A stretch of 64,000 nt of DNA. Source: Basidiobolus meristosporus CBS 931.73. Taxonomy: Eukaryota; Fungi; Basidiobolomycota. The DNA is taken from positions 62,001-126,000 of the forward strand of contig MCFE01000174.1 in NCBI GenBank assembly GCA_002104905.1. The letters are read 5' to 3'. Under the pieces are notes generated by a model. It ran no database searches. It had not been told where the DNA came from and worked only from the letters and a program-made list of their open reading frames with translations. This document shows, piece after piece, positions 24,861-36,800 of this stretch; positions within the stretch are counted from its first letter, which is position 1, and every line of letters begins with the position of its first letter. A program made the translations under genes and the position numbers.

Positions 24861-24879
24861 ATGGGAAAGTACCCGCATT

Positions 24880-25420
24880 TCACACCTAGCTTATGCTTCT
24901 GCCATGTTTTTGAAGTGTTTAAACATCTCTAAAGCCTTATCCATTACTTTAAGGAAGTACTCCCTTGTAAATCTTGTCTTGTGATCCACAAACTTTTTAA
25001 AGTACTTCTTAGCTCCAAATGACAGTGTTCTCATGGCCTCACATATGTCTGAGTGTACAACAGTCAATATATTGGTGGTGTTGATGCCTTCTAAGCCCCT
25101 GAAATGTTGCCTAGCTTGTTTGCCATATGAACATTCCAAATAGACACTCAGGTTGATTGGAATTGAGTAATTTAGCCCTAAGACAAGCTGGTTCTTCACC
25201 AACTGGCTCATTTTATGTTCCTCAATGTGCCCTAGCCTCCTATGTCTTTTCTTGCAGTTGGTTTCATCAGTTTGAGCAATGTGGGCATACCCAGGTACAA
25301 TGATCTTGCACTGTAACTTGTAAATACTGTGATCTCTGATTCCCAAAGCTAATATTTATCTGTTTTCACACAATATTGAGCAGCTCAACTTGGTAAAGCC
25401 AAATTTCCATCCCTGAGCAG
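24880..25420 (-). pseudogene. Copia family A fragment (GAG-pre-integrase/integrase N-terminus)
   Basis: GIRDHSIYKLQC...RHRRLGH...VHSDIC homologous to 7220-7660. Confidence 0.9.
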
Positions 25421-26790
25421 GCATATATATTTGAGAACTGCAAGTTTGACCTTGTACTCGGGATAGCCTGGCTATTTTACCCTTATACATCATTCAACTG
25501 GAGAACCAATGCTACTCAGATCCAGAAGGACAAGAAGACCTATAAGCTATTACCTGCCAGACTGGATTTTAATTAGGTCAATTCCAGTGTGTGTGAAGCA
25601 AGTGAACTTAGCAAGGTACAGTTCTGTAGAGTACTAAGAAAACACACCAGATGTTTCTCATGGCAGTAATAAAAGAGGATTCCTCTACTTCAGTACCCCA
25701 GAAGGTCCTGACTCTTTTGAAGGAAAATTCAGACGTATTTCCAGATGAGCTTGTAAGCCTACCACCAGTCAGAGATGTGAATTATGCCATTGACACAGGA
25801 GATAGCCCTCCAGTAAGTAAGACACCTTACAGAATGAGTCCACTGAAGTTGAAAGAGAAGAAGAGACAAATAGATCAGTTACTGGAGCAAGGACATATCA
25901 GAACCAGCAAGTCACCTTGGGGAGCACCAGTACTTTTTGTGAAGAAGAAGGATTGAGCACTTAGGATGTGCATTGACTACAGGGCCCTCAACTCAATTAC
26001 TGTGAAGAGTAAGCACCCCATACCTTGGATTGCTGAGCTTTTGGACCAACTCAATGGAGCCCCTATTTTCAGCAAGATTGACCTCATATTAGGATACAAC
26101 CAGATTAGGGTAAAGCCAGAAGAAATCCCTAAGACAGCATTTAGGACCAGATATGGACATTTCATGTACTTAGTCATGAGTTTGGCCTCACCAATGCTCC
26201 TGCCACACTCATGACTCAGATGCAGACTGTCTTCCACAAGTACTTAGACAAATTTGTGATATATACCTAGATGACATATTGATATACAGCAAGACAGAAG
26301 AGGATTATATGGTGCACATTGAAAAGGTCTTAAAGAGGCTCATAGAGAACAAATTTTATAGGAAGCTAGCCAAGTGTGAATTCTTTAAGGAGCACGTTGA
26401 ATATCTGGGACATATAGAGACTAGCTCAGGAGTAACCTCAGACCCTAAGAAGGTTGTCGTCATCAAGAATTTGAAGCAGCCCCATTGCATATCAGAGCTC
26501 AGATCATTCCTTGGAATGGCTTCCTATTATAGGAGATTTGTCAAGTCCTTTGCAAGTATTGCATCCCCTTTGACTGATATCCTCAAGAAAGACAATACCT
26601 ACAAGTGGGACATAGCTTGTGAGACTGCCTTCCAGATGCTCAAGAATGAACTTGCTAAGTTACCAAGCTTACAAATACATGACTTCAGAAAAGAGTGTAC
26701 TCTGTGTACAGATGCTTGCAATAATACACTGTTTGATGACATGGAGATGCTATATTGAAGGAGTCTAATTCACTGTGAAGACTGATCATG
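25420..26790 (+). pseudogene. Ty3/gypsy RT-RNH fragment
   Basis: [48 protein letters not shown]. Confidence 0.92.
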
Positions 26791-27249
26791 CCTTGTTCAG
26801 CTATATATTAGACTTGTTCTATTGTACTGTGCCAGGGTACGTGGCGCAATCCACGGTTGTAAAGAACAATTGGGCGCAATATTATAGCTACCAGAAGGCA
26901 GGATTGTTCTTGGACAATTTTGCACTATGCCGGACAATCTTGCACACTATGGCACAATTGGACACAATGAGGTTGGCACGGATGATTGCGCCAACTTGTA
27001 ATATTTGCATCACATGCGCAATTGGATACCACTATTATGGCAGGTAAAATCCGGTATTTGGATATGTTTCTTTGATGTAAATGGAAATAAATGTATATCA
27101 CACCATAAAATACACTGATACTTACCATTTTGGTTACCCTCACTCCAATTGGACGGTATCCCAGTGGTTAATTGGTCCAAAAGTATCCTGAAGCTGGCAG
27201 CCCCCAATTGGCTCATTGACTACTAAAAAAGCTACCTGATTTGCCATCA

Positions 27250-27800
27250 AATATCCCATTTTGCCCATTGAGCAAGTAAATCCCTGATCTTAGTGATTGG
27301 ACAAGGTGTCATAGCTAGCACCCAAGCAATTGTGTAGGTGCAAAGCAGATCCAATAGCTGCACTGGTATTACAGATGACATATATATATATCAGAATGCT
27401 GAGGTGAGCCTAAAGGCGTCACAAACTCACCTGACTCAGTTTGCACAAGGTGACAAAGACGGCCAGGTGCCAATATAGAAGTATCAACTGGCCTGCAAGA
27501 TAATGTTGGTACAGTAGTGACCAATGAATGGTCAAATATGACTTGGGTGGCAAATACTGGCCGTGATCCTTGTAATACTTCCTATGCTGTCTATGTGCTT
27601 CATGGCTGAGAGGCTTGCCACAGTAGCCACATGGTCTTTTTTCTCTTCTCTTATGGCGTTGAGTCAAAGTAGTCTTGTTCATGGGGCAAACAGTTTCACC
27701 TTCAACAATGTAACGCTATTATATCACTTTTTGGCTGATACTCACATGAACTTACAACAGTCTTGTATTTGAAACATTGCACCTACATGAATGTAAGATT
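27250..27800 (-). pseudogene. CxxC-containing ORF fragment of a repeated element (probable CACTA/EnSpm-like transposase N-terminus)
   Basis: KRPCGYCGKPLSHEAHRQHRKYYKDH; homologous copies at ~31590 (+) and ~40660 (-). The family assignment is inference. Confidence 0.5.
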
Positions 27801-27904
27801 CAATGATGACCTGCCATACCAAGTGTTATAAATAAAGTTGTGGCACCACATACACACGTACATGTAACAATATTTCCCCTTTGGTTAGACTCACTTCCAT
27901 ATAT

Positions 27905-29974
27905 ATGCCGCCAAAAAATAAAGCAAAGTTGTCTGGCTCTCAACCAAACCCCACCGCTGATGGCCACAGAAGAATGGTTGCACAACAGCTTGCTTTGACA
28001 TTCAGTGCAACAAGTGGGGCTACATCCAAAAAAAGGCCCTGTGGACAGTGTGCCCATTGAAGGTAATAATGCGGACTCCTCAGGCTCTCAGTCAAGTAGG
28101 CAATTGAGAACCTCTGCAGAGCCACAAGCTGACTGTTATGCTCAGGCAGATGAGGATGTAGCAAACGCAGTACCCTCTGTTGAAGATCAGCAAGTGGCCA
28201 TGGTAACATCACTGCCACCCATATTAGCAAGTATGTTGTCAGCTCATACCAAAGCATTAATGAAGCAATTAGGTGCAGTGGCTGATAGGATAGATGCATA
28301 GGCCCAGAGAAATCAGGAAGTAGTCCAGAAACAGAATGAGCAGATAATACATGTAGAGCAATCAGTATCCCAGGTAGAGAAAGCAGTATCTTTGCTGCAA
28401 AGAAAGAGTTCAAGTAGCTCAATGTCACAGCCAAGAATTGAGCCATTTCCTGATGTAACAGCAGAGGAACACCATACAGTCTCTGAAGCACTACAACAGT
28501 GCCTAAAGATAAAGCCCACAGAAAAACCTATCACAGCATGGGAGGGAGACAATGTGGTGTTTATACCAAAGCCTCAAAGTCAACAGACATTGAAGATCCA
28601 TAAAGCTGTTGAGTGAAATAATGAAGAGTGGGCCAATATACAAGAGGCTGTCAGAAGTCTAGCACGCCATCACCTTAAGGCTGGCATACCATGGGACCAT
28701 CAGGAACTCAAGGCCAAGCAGAATGCACTTGACTTGTTCCATGAGCTTTATCTGGGACTCAAATGGGCAAACTGATTTTGGGTCAGCATTGGTATGCTAA
28801 GAAAGTATCTTAAGAATAGCAGAAACTATCAAAGGCAGAAGAACAAGGGTGCCATGGCTAAAAACCAGCAGCTTTCTCAAGAGCCTGTTACAAGCAGGGC
28901 CAAAAGCTCCAGAGAAGTGTCAAAGAGACATCAGGCAGCAGGAAGAGTGCCAATTAAGGACAAGCAGGCAGACATGGATGCACCAGCGCAACATTTATCA
29001 AGGAAAAGCGTAGTACCACTCAAGAAGCACCCAGTCAAAGTAGCAGTGAAGGACCTGGCAGTGATAAAAACCAGCTGCTTTTACAGGAGCCTGTCACAAC
29101 TACGGTTGAGAGCTCAAGACAAGCTAAAAAGAAACAACAGGTTGCCAGAAGAGTGCCAGCAAGGGACAAGTAGGCCAATGCAAATGTGTCAGAGCAGATT
29201 TTATCCAGGCAAAAATGTAGTTCTTTACAAGAAGCACTCAGACAAAGTAGCAGTGAAAGACCTGGAAGTGATAAAGGAAAAGGTAAAAGGATAAATGTCT
29301 ACTCAAGCCTGAGACAGGGAGGCATGCAAAAAAAGCTGCAGTTCTTGCCAATAAGCACTGGAAGCCAGGAACAGACTGAATCCCATCAAAGCCAAGAAGA
29401 ATTACCGACAAGAAAATTGCTGTTTTCACAAGAGTTGGAAGCATAGCCAGTTGAGCTACACTCCAGCAAGGTAGATGAGTTTGCTGAAAAAGGCAATTCA
29501 TCTACCACAGCCTCCACTGCCTCCATTGTTGACAAAGTGGAGATCCCACTGACAGACAAGGCTACAATGTCAAGAGCTCAAAAGACTATCACAATGCCTT
29601 CAGTGGAGTTTTGGAACATTAATAGGCACACCAAGAGGTTGCAGCACTTCTTCAAGAGCAGTGCTCAAGAAAATGCACTGGAATATTGCAAGGATTTATT
29701 GCAAAGACTGGCAGATGAGGAGCTAGACCTTGCAGTGCTGGCTGAAGACCAGGATGTGTGGGAACCAGTGAATCAACAGTGGCATAAAGCCATTGGGTTC
29801 CCGCCAAAGTTACGGAACCAGAGTGTTACAGCAGAAATACTTACTGAGTGGTGGATTTTAATGGAGTTACTTGTAGAGTGTAGGGTTGGGCTTAATGTTA
29901 GTGTAGGGTATAGAGACTTGTATAGGTCAATACAATTGGCAATTGAGGTACAACTGAAGTTTCAACAGAAATAA
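27905..29974 (+). pseudogene. Interrupted long ORF, probable DNA-transposon accessory protein
   Basis: ATG at 27905; coiled-coil-like segment; EEWANIQEAVRSLARHHLKAGIPWDHQ...LRKYLKNSRNYQR; acidic/basic repeats; scattered TAG/TGA stops and frameshifts. Confidence 0.5.
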
Positions 29975-30309
29975 ATCAATTTGTATGCATGAAAAGTAAG
30001 AGAAACGGTTGAGTCAGGAAGTAAGGGGTGTGAAAAAGAGGCAATAGCCAATCAATTCACACAAATGTATGAGGCAATAGAGTGTCTGGGATCAGAAAGT
30101 GAGCAAATTGGCAGGGAACCAATCAAAAGCCACTTATACATTGTTGTGATGAAAAATTTTGAAGAAGTTTTTTGTGAAATCTGAGGTACAATTATTTTTC
30201 AACAGTCTCTGGACGGTGTCCTGACATGATCAGTACCTCTCAGTCACAGGACATTAACTTTGCGATGGCCTTTTGACAGGATCATCTCAATAATTTCTCA
30301 TAGGGAGCT

Positions 30310-30700
30310 GTTTTCTGAAGAGTTGGAAGCACAGCCAGATGAGCTACACTCTGGTGAGGTAGAAGAGTTTGCAGAGAAAATCAATTTGTCTACCACTGCC
30401 TCCACATCTTCCGTTGTAGAAAATGTGGAGATCCCACTGACAGAAAAAGCAACAATATCAAGAGCACAAAATAATATCACAATGCATTTGGAGGAATATT
30501 AGAACATTGATAGGCACACCAGGAGGTTGCAAGCCTTCTTCAAGAGCAGTGCTTAGGAAAATTCATCCAAATTTTGCAAGTGCCAGCTGAAGACCAGGAT
30601 GTATGGGAACTGGTGAATGAACAGTGGCATAAAGCTGCACAGTTCCCACCAAAGTTGTTGAAAATGGGCAATACATCAGAAATACTTATTGAATGGTGTA
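30310..30700 (+). repeat. Diverged direct duplicate of ~29421-29860
   Basis: GAGTTGGAAGCA..GAGCTACACTC..GTGGAGATCCCACTGACAGA..TTCTTCAAGAGCAGTGCT present in both. Confidence 0.85.
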
Positions 30701-30834
30701 TCTTTAATTTGTGACAGCTTTGTGAGGGGATCAACACAATTGTTTCTCATAGGGCCCTAGTACAGTTATATCTCAGCATGAGGTCATTCTTGCCAAATTA
30801 GGTGACCCATGAAGTTTCTTTTGGAGGACCTAAC

Positions 30835-31183
30835 TGTTGGGAAAATTTGTAATTCCACCTAAATATTCACCTAACTTAGTCACTTAGATCATTATCTTCA
30901 AATCCTAGAGAACACTGACCAAATTCCTTATTGGGATTTACTTATAATATTTTCACCAAAATACCAAGTACCCAGAACATAAAAATTAAATAAGTCATCC
31001 AAACATCCCCAAACTTTGCACACATGCTCTTGGGACCTTCCTTAGCCTATGCTATGTGTTTGTTATGCCAAGACCTTGTGAAAGTATAAATACTACTTTT
31101 ACATTCAATAAATCATTAAGTAAAAACCATGTAATATACTTGTTCTCATAATCACATCCAATATCTCCAAGACACTTACAACA
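30835..31183 (+). repeat. Solo LTR of copia family E
   Basis: TGTTG...TTACAACA homologous to 35191-35538; flanks CTAAC/CTGAC (TSD with one transition). Confidence 0.9.
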
Positions 31184-31589
31184 CTGACTAACCAACATAT
31201 CCAATTGCCTTATATTGCCAAATGCTTGACAGATCTTTGACAGTCTTCTTTGAGACCTCCATTGGCATTATAATGCAGAATAGCTGCCTACAGCTCAATC
31301 TCTAAAATACTACCACAGCAATTTATTAAATGGTACTATCTTTTCTACTATGCTTGCACCATTTGTATACTCCACTGTGGAATCACCCCTCTTTATTTGT
31401 TTACCTACTACTACCTTAGGTATTCCAAACACAGTTTGAGTCAAAAAACTATAGCCATATCCTTGCTAAACTCTACATATGCACACACCTGCTGCAATTG
31501 GCACACTTCTATCACCTCAGCTTTACGGCTTTCAGTAACCAGCTGATTGCCCCATGGACAAGACTTCTTTGATACAACCCTTTCAGAGA

Positions 31590-31900
31590 ATGGGAAAATG
31601 ATCATGTGGATATTGTAGCAAGCCTCTCATTCATGAAGCATGCAGATGGCATAGGAAGTATTAAAAGCATGATGGCCAGTGTCTTGCTACACAAGACATC
31701 TTGAGCTTTCATTAGTCACTGCTGATCCAGCATAATCTTTCTGTCCACTTGATACTTTCATAATGGCACCTAGCTGTACTTGTCACCTTGTGCAAACTGA
31801 GTCAGGGTAGTTTGTGACACTTTTAGGCCTACCTTAGCCTTCTGAATACGGCCTGCAAAGTGATAACTCTGAAGAAGAAGGATCATTGATGGATTGTAGG
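31590..31900 (+). pseudogene. Second copy of the CxxC ORF fragment
   Basis: CGYCSKPLIHEACRWHRKY*KHDGQ; GTGCAAACTGAGTCAGG block shared with ~27420-27455. Confidence 0.7.
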
Positions 31901-32252
31901 CCTATCTCTTCTATCAACAGAACCCTACATGAACTGGGCAAGATTGTAATGTGCAATGAGATAACACTGAAGGAAAAAATTTCCAAAGATACTTTATGTT
32001 GCTAAGTGAGCCCAAATATGCATTTATTGGTGATGTAACTTACTATGTGATTGACACAAGTGGAAAACTGGCATGCAGCTGGTAAAATATAACCCAGACA
32101 CTGTCCTGATATCACCTTATGTTAGTATTTGCATGGAATTCACATCAGAAACTGCCATCATTGCAAGGTGTCAAGCTTCTCAGGAATCCACTACAACAGG
32201 AGAAAAATATTTTCCACACTCTGGACATATTTCAGAAATACCCAATCCAAAG

Positions 32253-32603
32253 CCCTAAGAGCAAGAATTATAAAAAGGATAGTTGAATGGCATTATAAAA
32301 TCAGCAGAATTCCAATTTTCTTAAATCTGACAATTATAATTATTTCATGTTCTAACAGTTGGGCAGAAAAGCAGATATATTTCTGAAGAGGAGACTATGC
32401 CAACCAGAAGTCATGCTAAATTTGGAGATCAGCAGCCAACTACTTCCATCAAAAATTGCACCTGGATATGTGAACAAAAAACAGCAGCTGATTACCAGCA
32501 AATACCATTGCAAAACCAGCCAAGTACCGGCAAAATACTGTTAGAATATCAGCAGAGTACCAGCTGAAATCAGATGAATTACAAGTTTGAGACTCTCATA
32601 GGG
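32253..32603 (+). mobile_element. CCCTA-ended MITE
   Basis: CCCTAAGAG...GACTCTCATAGGG; flanks AAG/AAA; ACCAGC repeats. Confidence 0.75.
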
Positions 32604-33834
32604 AAAGAAGTCTATGCAGTCAAACAAGTAACTAGATGCTACAAAGTACTTCACACAGTATCAATCAAGCAAAAACTTTTCCATTATATATCTGATGGCA
32701 AACATTGCAAACAGCTAAGAAGCAAGGGCTGTGAGTACTAAATGCAGTACCCACTCTTTGCCCAAGAGTTCTCCCCAGAGTCCTACCCAAAGTCCCCCAG
32801 TACCCTCCCTATGATTCCCCCACGCGTCCTCCCTCCTATCCCTGCCCTTATCTAGTTAGAACACTTACCATAATAGGAAGGTGTTCACACCCCTATTTTA
32901 TAACACATTGTCTATTTTCTAAGCCCCCAAGTGATATATATCTACCCAATTGAACCAAGCAAGGGAATGAGGAGATTTGGGACAAAATAAACACAAGTCT
33001 TTATTACCTTACTACCTCCTATTGGAAACTATTCTGAACCAAGTGGTACTGACTTGACCTACAAGCTCTCCCACTCACCAAGTACAGTCAGTAATAACCC
33101 ACAAGGGCCACTTTGAAGGTGTGCATTACCAAGCCTTGCATTAGAACTTGATAGAGTCTCACTAAAGAAGTACTCCGCCAGCTAATCCTGCTGCCTATTG
33201 GTTGTCATCAACCTGAATCTGCTGCCAATTTTACAGTGCCAGTGTAGAAATCTGATGGTAGTCTTACCAATATCTGAGCCTCAATCTCTGTCCAGCCTGG
33301 ATAGCTGCTTGTATTCATTGCTAGATGAACTTTGTATGCTATCCAGTGGGATACCAGCAAATCACTGACATGTTAAGGTGCATATTGTCATTAATATTGG
33401 AGATACCCTAACCCTCAGCAAGACAGCCAGCTTTTCTGGGCACATTGGACAGTATTGCTGTTGGATGGGTGTAAAATAGGGGATTCACTCCATAACTCAC
33501 ACACATTAATATTATCCAAACATCTATTCTGAGATCATCATCTGTCCCACAGAGAGAATGTTCAGAAGCCCACATGCAGTTGCAGCAAGGCAGAAAGCTG
33601 TAAGCTACATGTCAGAATATGGAATTAATCAAGAACAGAAGATATTAAAGATAGAGGGAAATTGTGGGGGTAAAAGCTTTCCACTGAAGGTAGTGCATTT
33701 GTACTCCAATAATATCTCTATACTAAGGACCAAGTTGTACAAGGGGCATATCAAGTGAGCCCTTTATGATACTGGAGAAATTTGATTGAATTGGCAGGAA
33801 ATTAAAGAATATAGAATACCCAAAATATTTCTCA

Positions 33835-36800
33835 CATGCCATACACACACCCTCCGAGAAGTACTCTATGTACCCAAAATAGCAAAGAACCTACCATCAG
33901 TAGGCAAGGCCACTGTAGAAGGACTCAGTTTTTGCTTTGTCAATACTTGATGCATGATTACTGATCAAAATGGGGCCTATATTGTGTTGGGTATCAGAGA
34001 TCAGAATCTATACAAGTGACTTATGTTCCATCATATCTAGAAGCCAATATAAGTCACTTAACAGAAGAAACACCAATGCTTTGGCACAGGAGATTTGGAC
34101 ACAACAATTTTGATTAGTTGTGCAAAATAATCAAAGATCAGCTAATTTCCAGAGTAAGAATTGATCACCTAGCTGATTTAGAGCACTATGAAGCCTGCTT
34201 ATATAAGAAAACAGCCAGAGTATTGTCCAAGATCTCTGGGCTAATTAAAGCTAAGAAATAATCAGATCTAACTCACTGAGATATGTGTGGACTTATGCAT
34301 AATTTGCCCTTAGGTGGGATGAAGTATCTATCACTTTTGTTGATGATTATACAAGATACGCATAGGTTTACATCATGGAAAGAAAGGAAAGAGCTTTGTT
34401 CAAGATCAGGGAGCTCAAAGCCATGGTGGAGAGAGAAACTGGTGAAAAAATCAAGAAAATATGCTCTGACAATGTTGGAGAATACACCTCAAAGCACTTG
34501 ACCCACTTCTGCAATATTCATAGGATAAAGCAGGAGACTTTTGTACCATACTCTACACAGCAAAATGAAGTGGCACAACATGCCAACAAATCAATAATTG
34601 GTATCACAAGATTTATGATCCAAAATAAAAAGTTATCCTATGATAAAAAAAGTGTAAAATGCATAGTGTTGAGCTACTGCAATGAGAGTAAAGCATTCAG
34701 ATTCTACAATACAAAAGCAAAGAAGCTGATCCAGTCCAGTGATGTGTTGTTTGATGAAGATTCAAATTCTCACAGAAAATGACATCAGATGATGACAAAA
34801 ACTTAATCTCAAGTCCACCAATAGTTGGGATTGAATTGGAACAGAACAATGAAAAAATTTTCACTCTCAAGAACTCCTCAATCATGGTTCAGGCCAAATC
34901 AGTGCTAAGGAATATCCCAGAGGTGATCATGTCAGTATCAAATACCAGGAGATCCAACTGGGCACAAAATAGCCCAAATCACTCTATCAGTGAAGGTACA
35001 AACTTAGCCTATGCATATTCAGCTCATATTGATGAGCTCCACACTGTAAAAGTGGCCCTAAATAGCCCTCAGACAAGGTTTTGGAGATCCTTAAAGACTA
35101 AGGAATATCAGTCTCTGATGGAAAATCAAACTTGGGACTTGGTCATATAACTAATCAGCCAAAACCAATTGGATGCAGAGAGGTCTTTAATGTTGTAAAA
35201 ATTTGTATTTCCACCTAAATATTCACCTAACTTAGTCACTTAGATCATTACCTTCAAATCCTAGAGAATACTGACCAAATTCCTTTTGGGATTTACTTAG
35301 AATATTTTCACCAAAATGCCAGGTACCTAGAACATGAAAATTCTCAAAGTTGTCCAAACAGCCACAAACTTTGCACACATGTTCTTGGGACCTTCCTTAA
35401 CCTATTCTACGTGTTTGCAATGCCAAGATCAGGTAAAAGTATAAATACTACTTTTACATTCAATAAATCATTAAGTGAAAACCACATAATCTACTTGTTC
35501 TCCCAATCACTTCCAATATCTCCAAGACTCTTACAACAGGTTATGAGCCCCAAGCTGTCACTCTCTGCAATGTCTACTACTGCTATTACTGGAATTTTTC
35601 TCTCTGCTGAAAAGTTGGATGGATCTAACTACCAAGTGTGGAAGGTGAAGATGAAGATGCTGCTACAAGAAAGAGGCCTTTGGGATATTGTCATGGGAGA
35701 AGAATGCCCTCCTAAAAGTGTGGGAGAGGAAGCCTTAAAGTACCAGAAGAAAGAACAAAGTGCCTTTAACTGCATTTGCCTTAATGTTAAGGATAAATTG
35801 CTAATTCAATGCTCAAGTGCAAAAACGGCAAAGAATGCCTGGAAAGCATTAGAAGACACCTACCAGTCATGTTCAGTTGCTAAGAAGATGTATCTGAGAC
35901 AAAAACTCTTTACTACAAAGATGCTGCCAGGAGAAGAAATGAAAAATCTAATTAACAAAATTACCCTGCTGGTAGATAAGATTGAATCTGTGGGCGTACC
36001 AACTACTGATGAGGATGTGATAGTTACCATCCTGAATAGCCTGACAGACAAGTTTCAGGGCCTTGTATCAGCCCAAGAGTCCAGAACTGAAGACTTGACC
36101 TTAAATTACATATATAGAAGGCTCCTGGATGAAGAATTAAGGAAATCAAGCGCCAATAAGAAGGAAGAAGAAAATGCTTTAATAAGCAATGATAGCCAAC
36201 AAAGGAGATACCCAAGACCCTACAAAGGCAACAGCAACCTATTCTGCAACTACTGCAAAAGGAAAGGACACACATCAGACCGGTGTCTCAAAAAGAGAGA
36301 TTATCAGCAAAAGAAGCCTGAATATGGAAATGCTGCAACAACTGAAGATAGACTATTCATATCTGCACTAAATATGACCACAAACAAGGATTCTCAGACG
36401 TGGTATATTGACTCTGGAGCTTCTCAACACTTTACACACCAAAAAGAACTTTTTACCCAATATCAAGAAATTCTAATTAAGAAGGTTTTGATGGGTGACA
36501 ATAAAGCACTTGATGCAGTGGGAGAAGGAAATATCCGAGTAAACCTTAGAAGCAGTGAAGGAAGCCATACACTGACCTTTAAAGAAGTACTCTATGTACC
36601 AGAAATAGCCAAGAACCTACTCTCTGTAAGCAAGGCCACAGCAGAAAGACTCAGTTTCAGTTTTAACAATTCTGGATGCAGGATCACTGATCAGAATGGT
36701 GCCCATATTGCTTTGGGCATCAGAGATCATAATCTATACAAGTTGACTTATATTCCATCATATCTGGAAGCCAATATAAGTAACCTATTTACCTCAAAAC

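Noticed and set aside
32700-33780. Additional gypsy or LTR fragment
   Set aside because: C-rich repeats and weak RT-like words only; no motif strong enough to assign
35411-35542. Gag ORF of copy E starting inside the LTR
   Set aside because: Starts at a GTG in an open LTR frame; the plausible start is the ATG at 35543 or the next ATG
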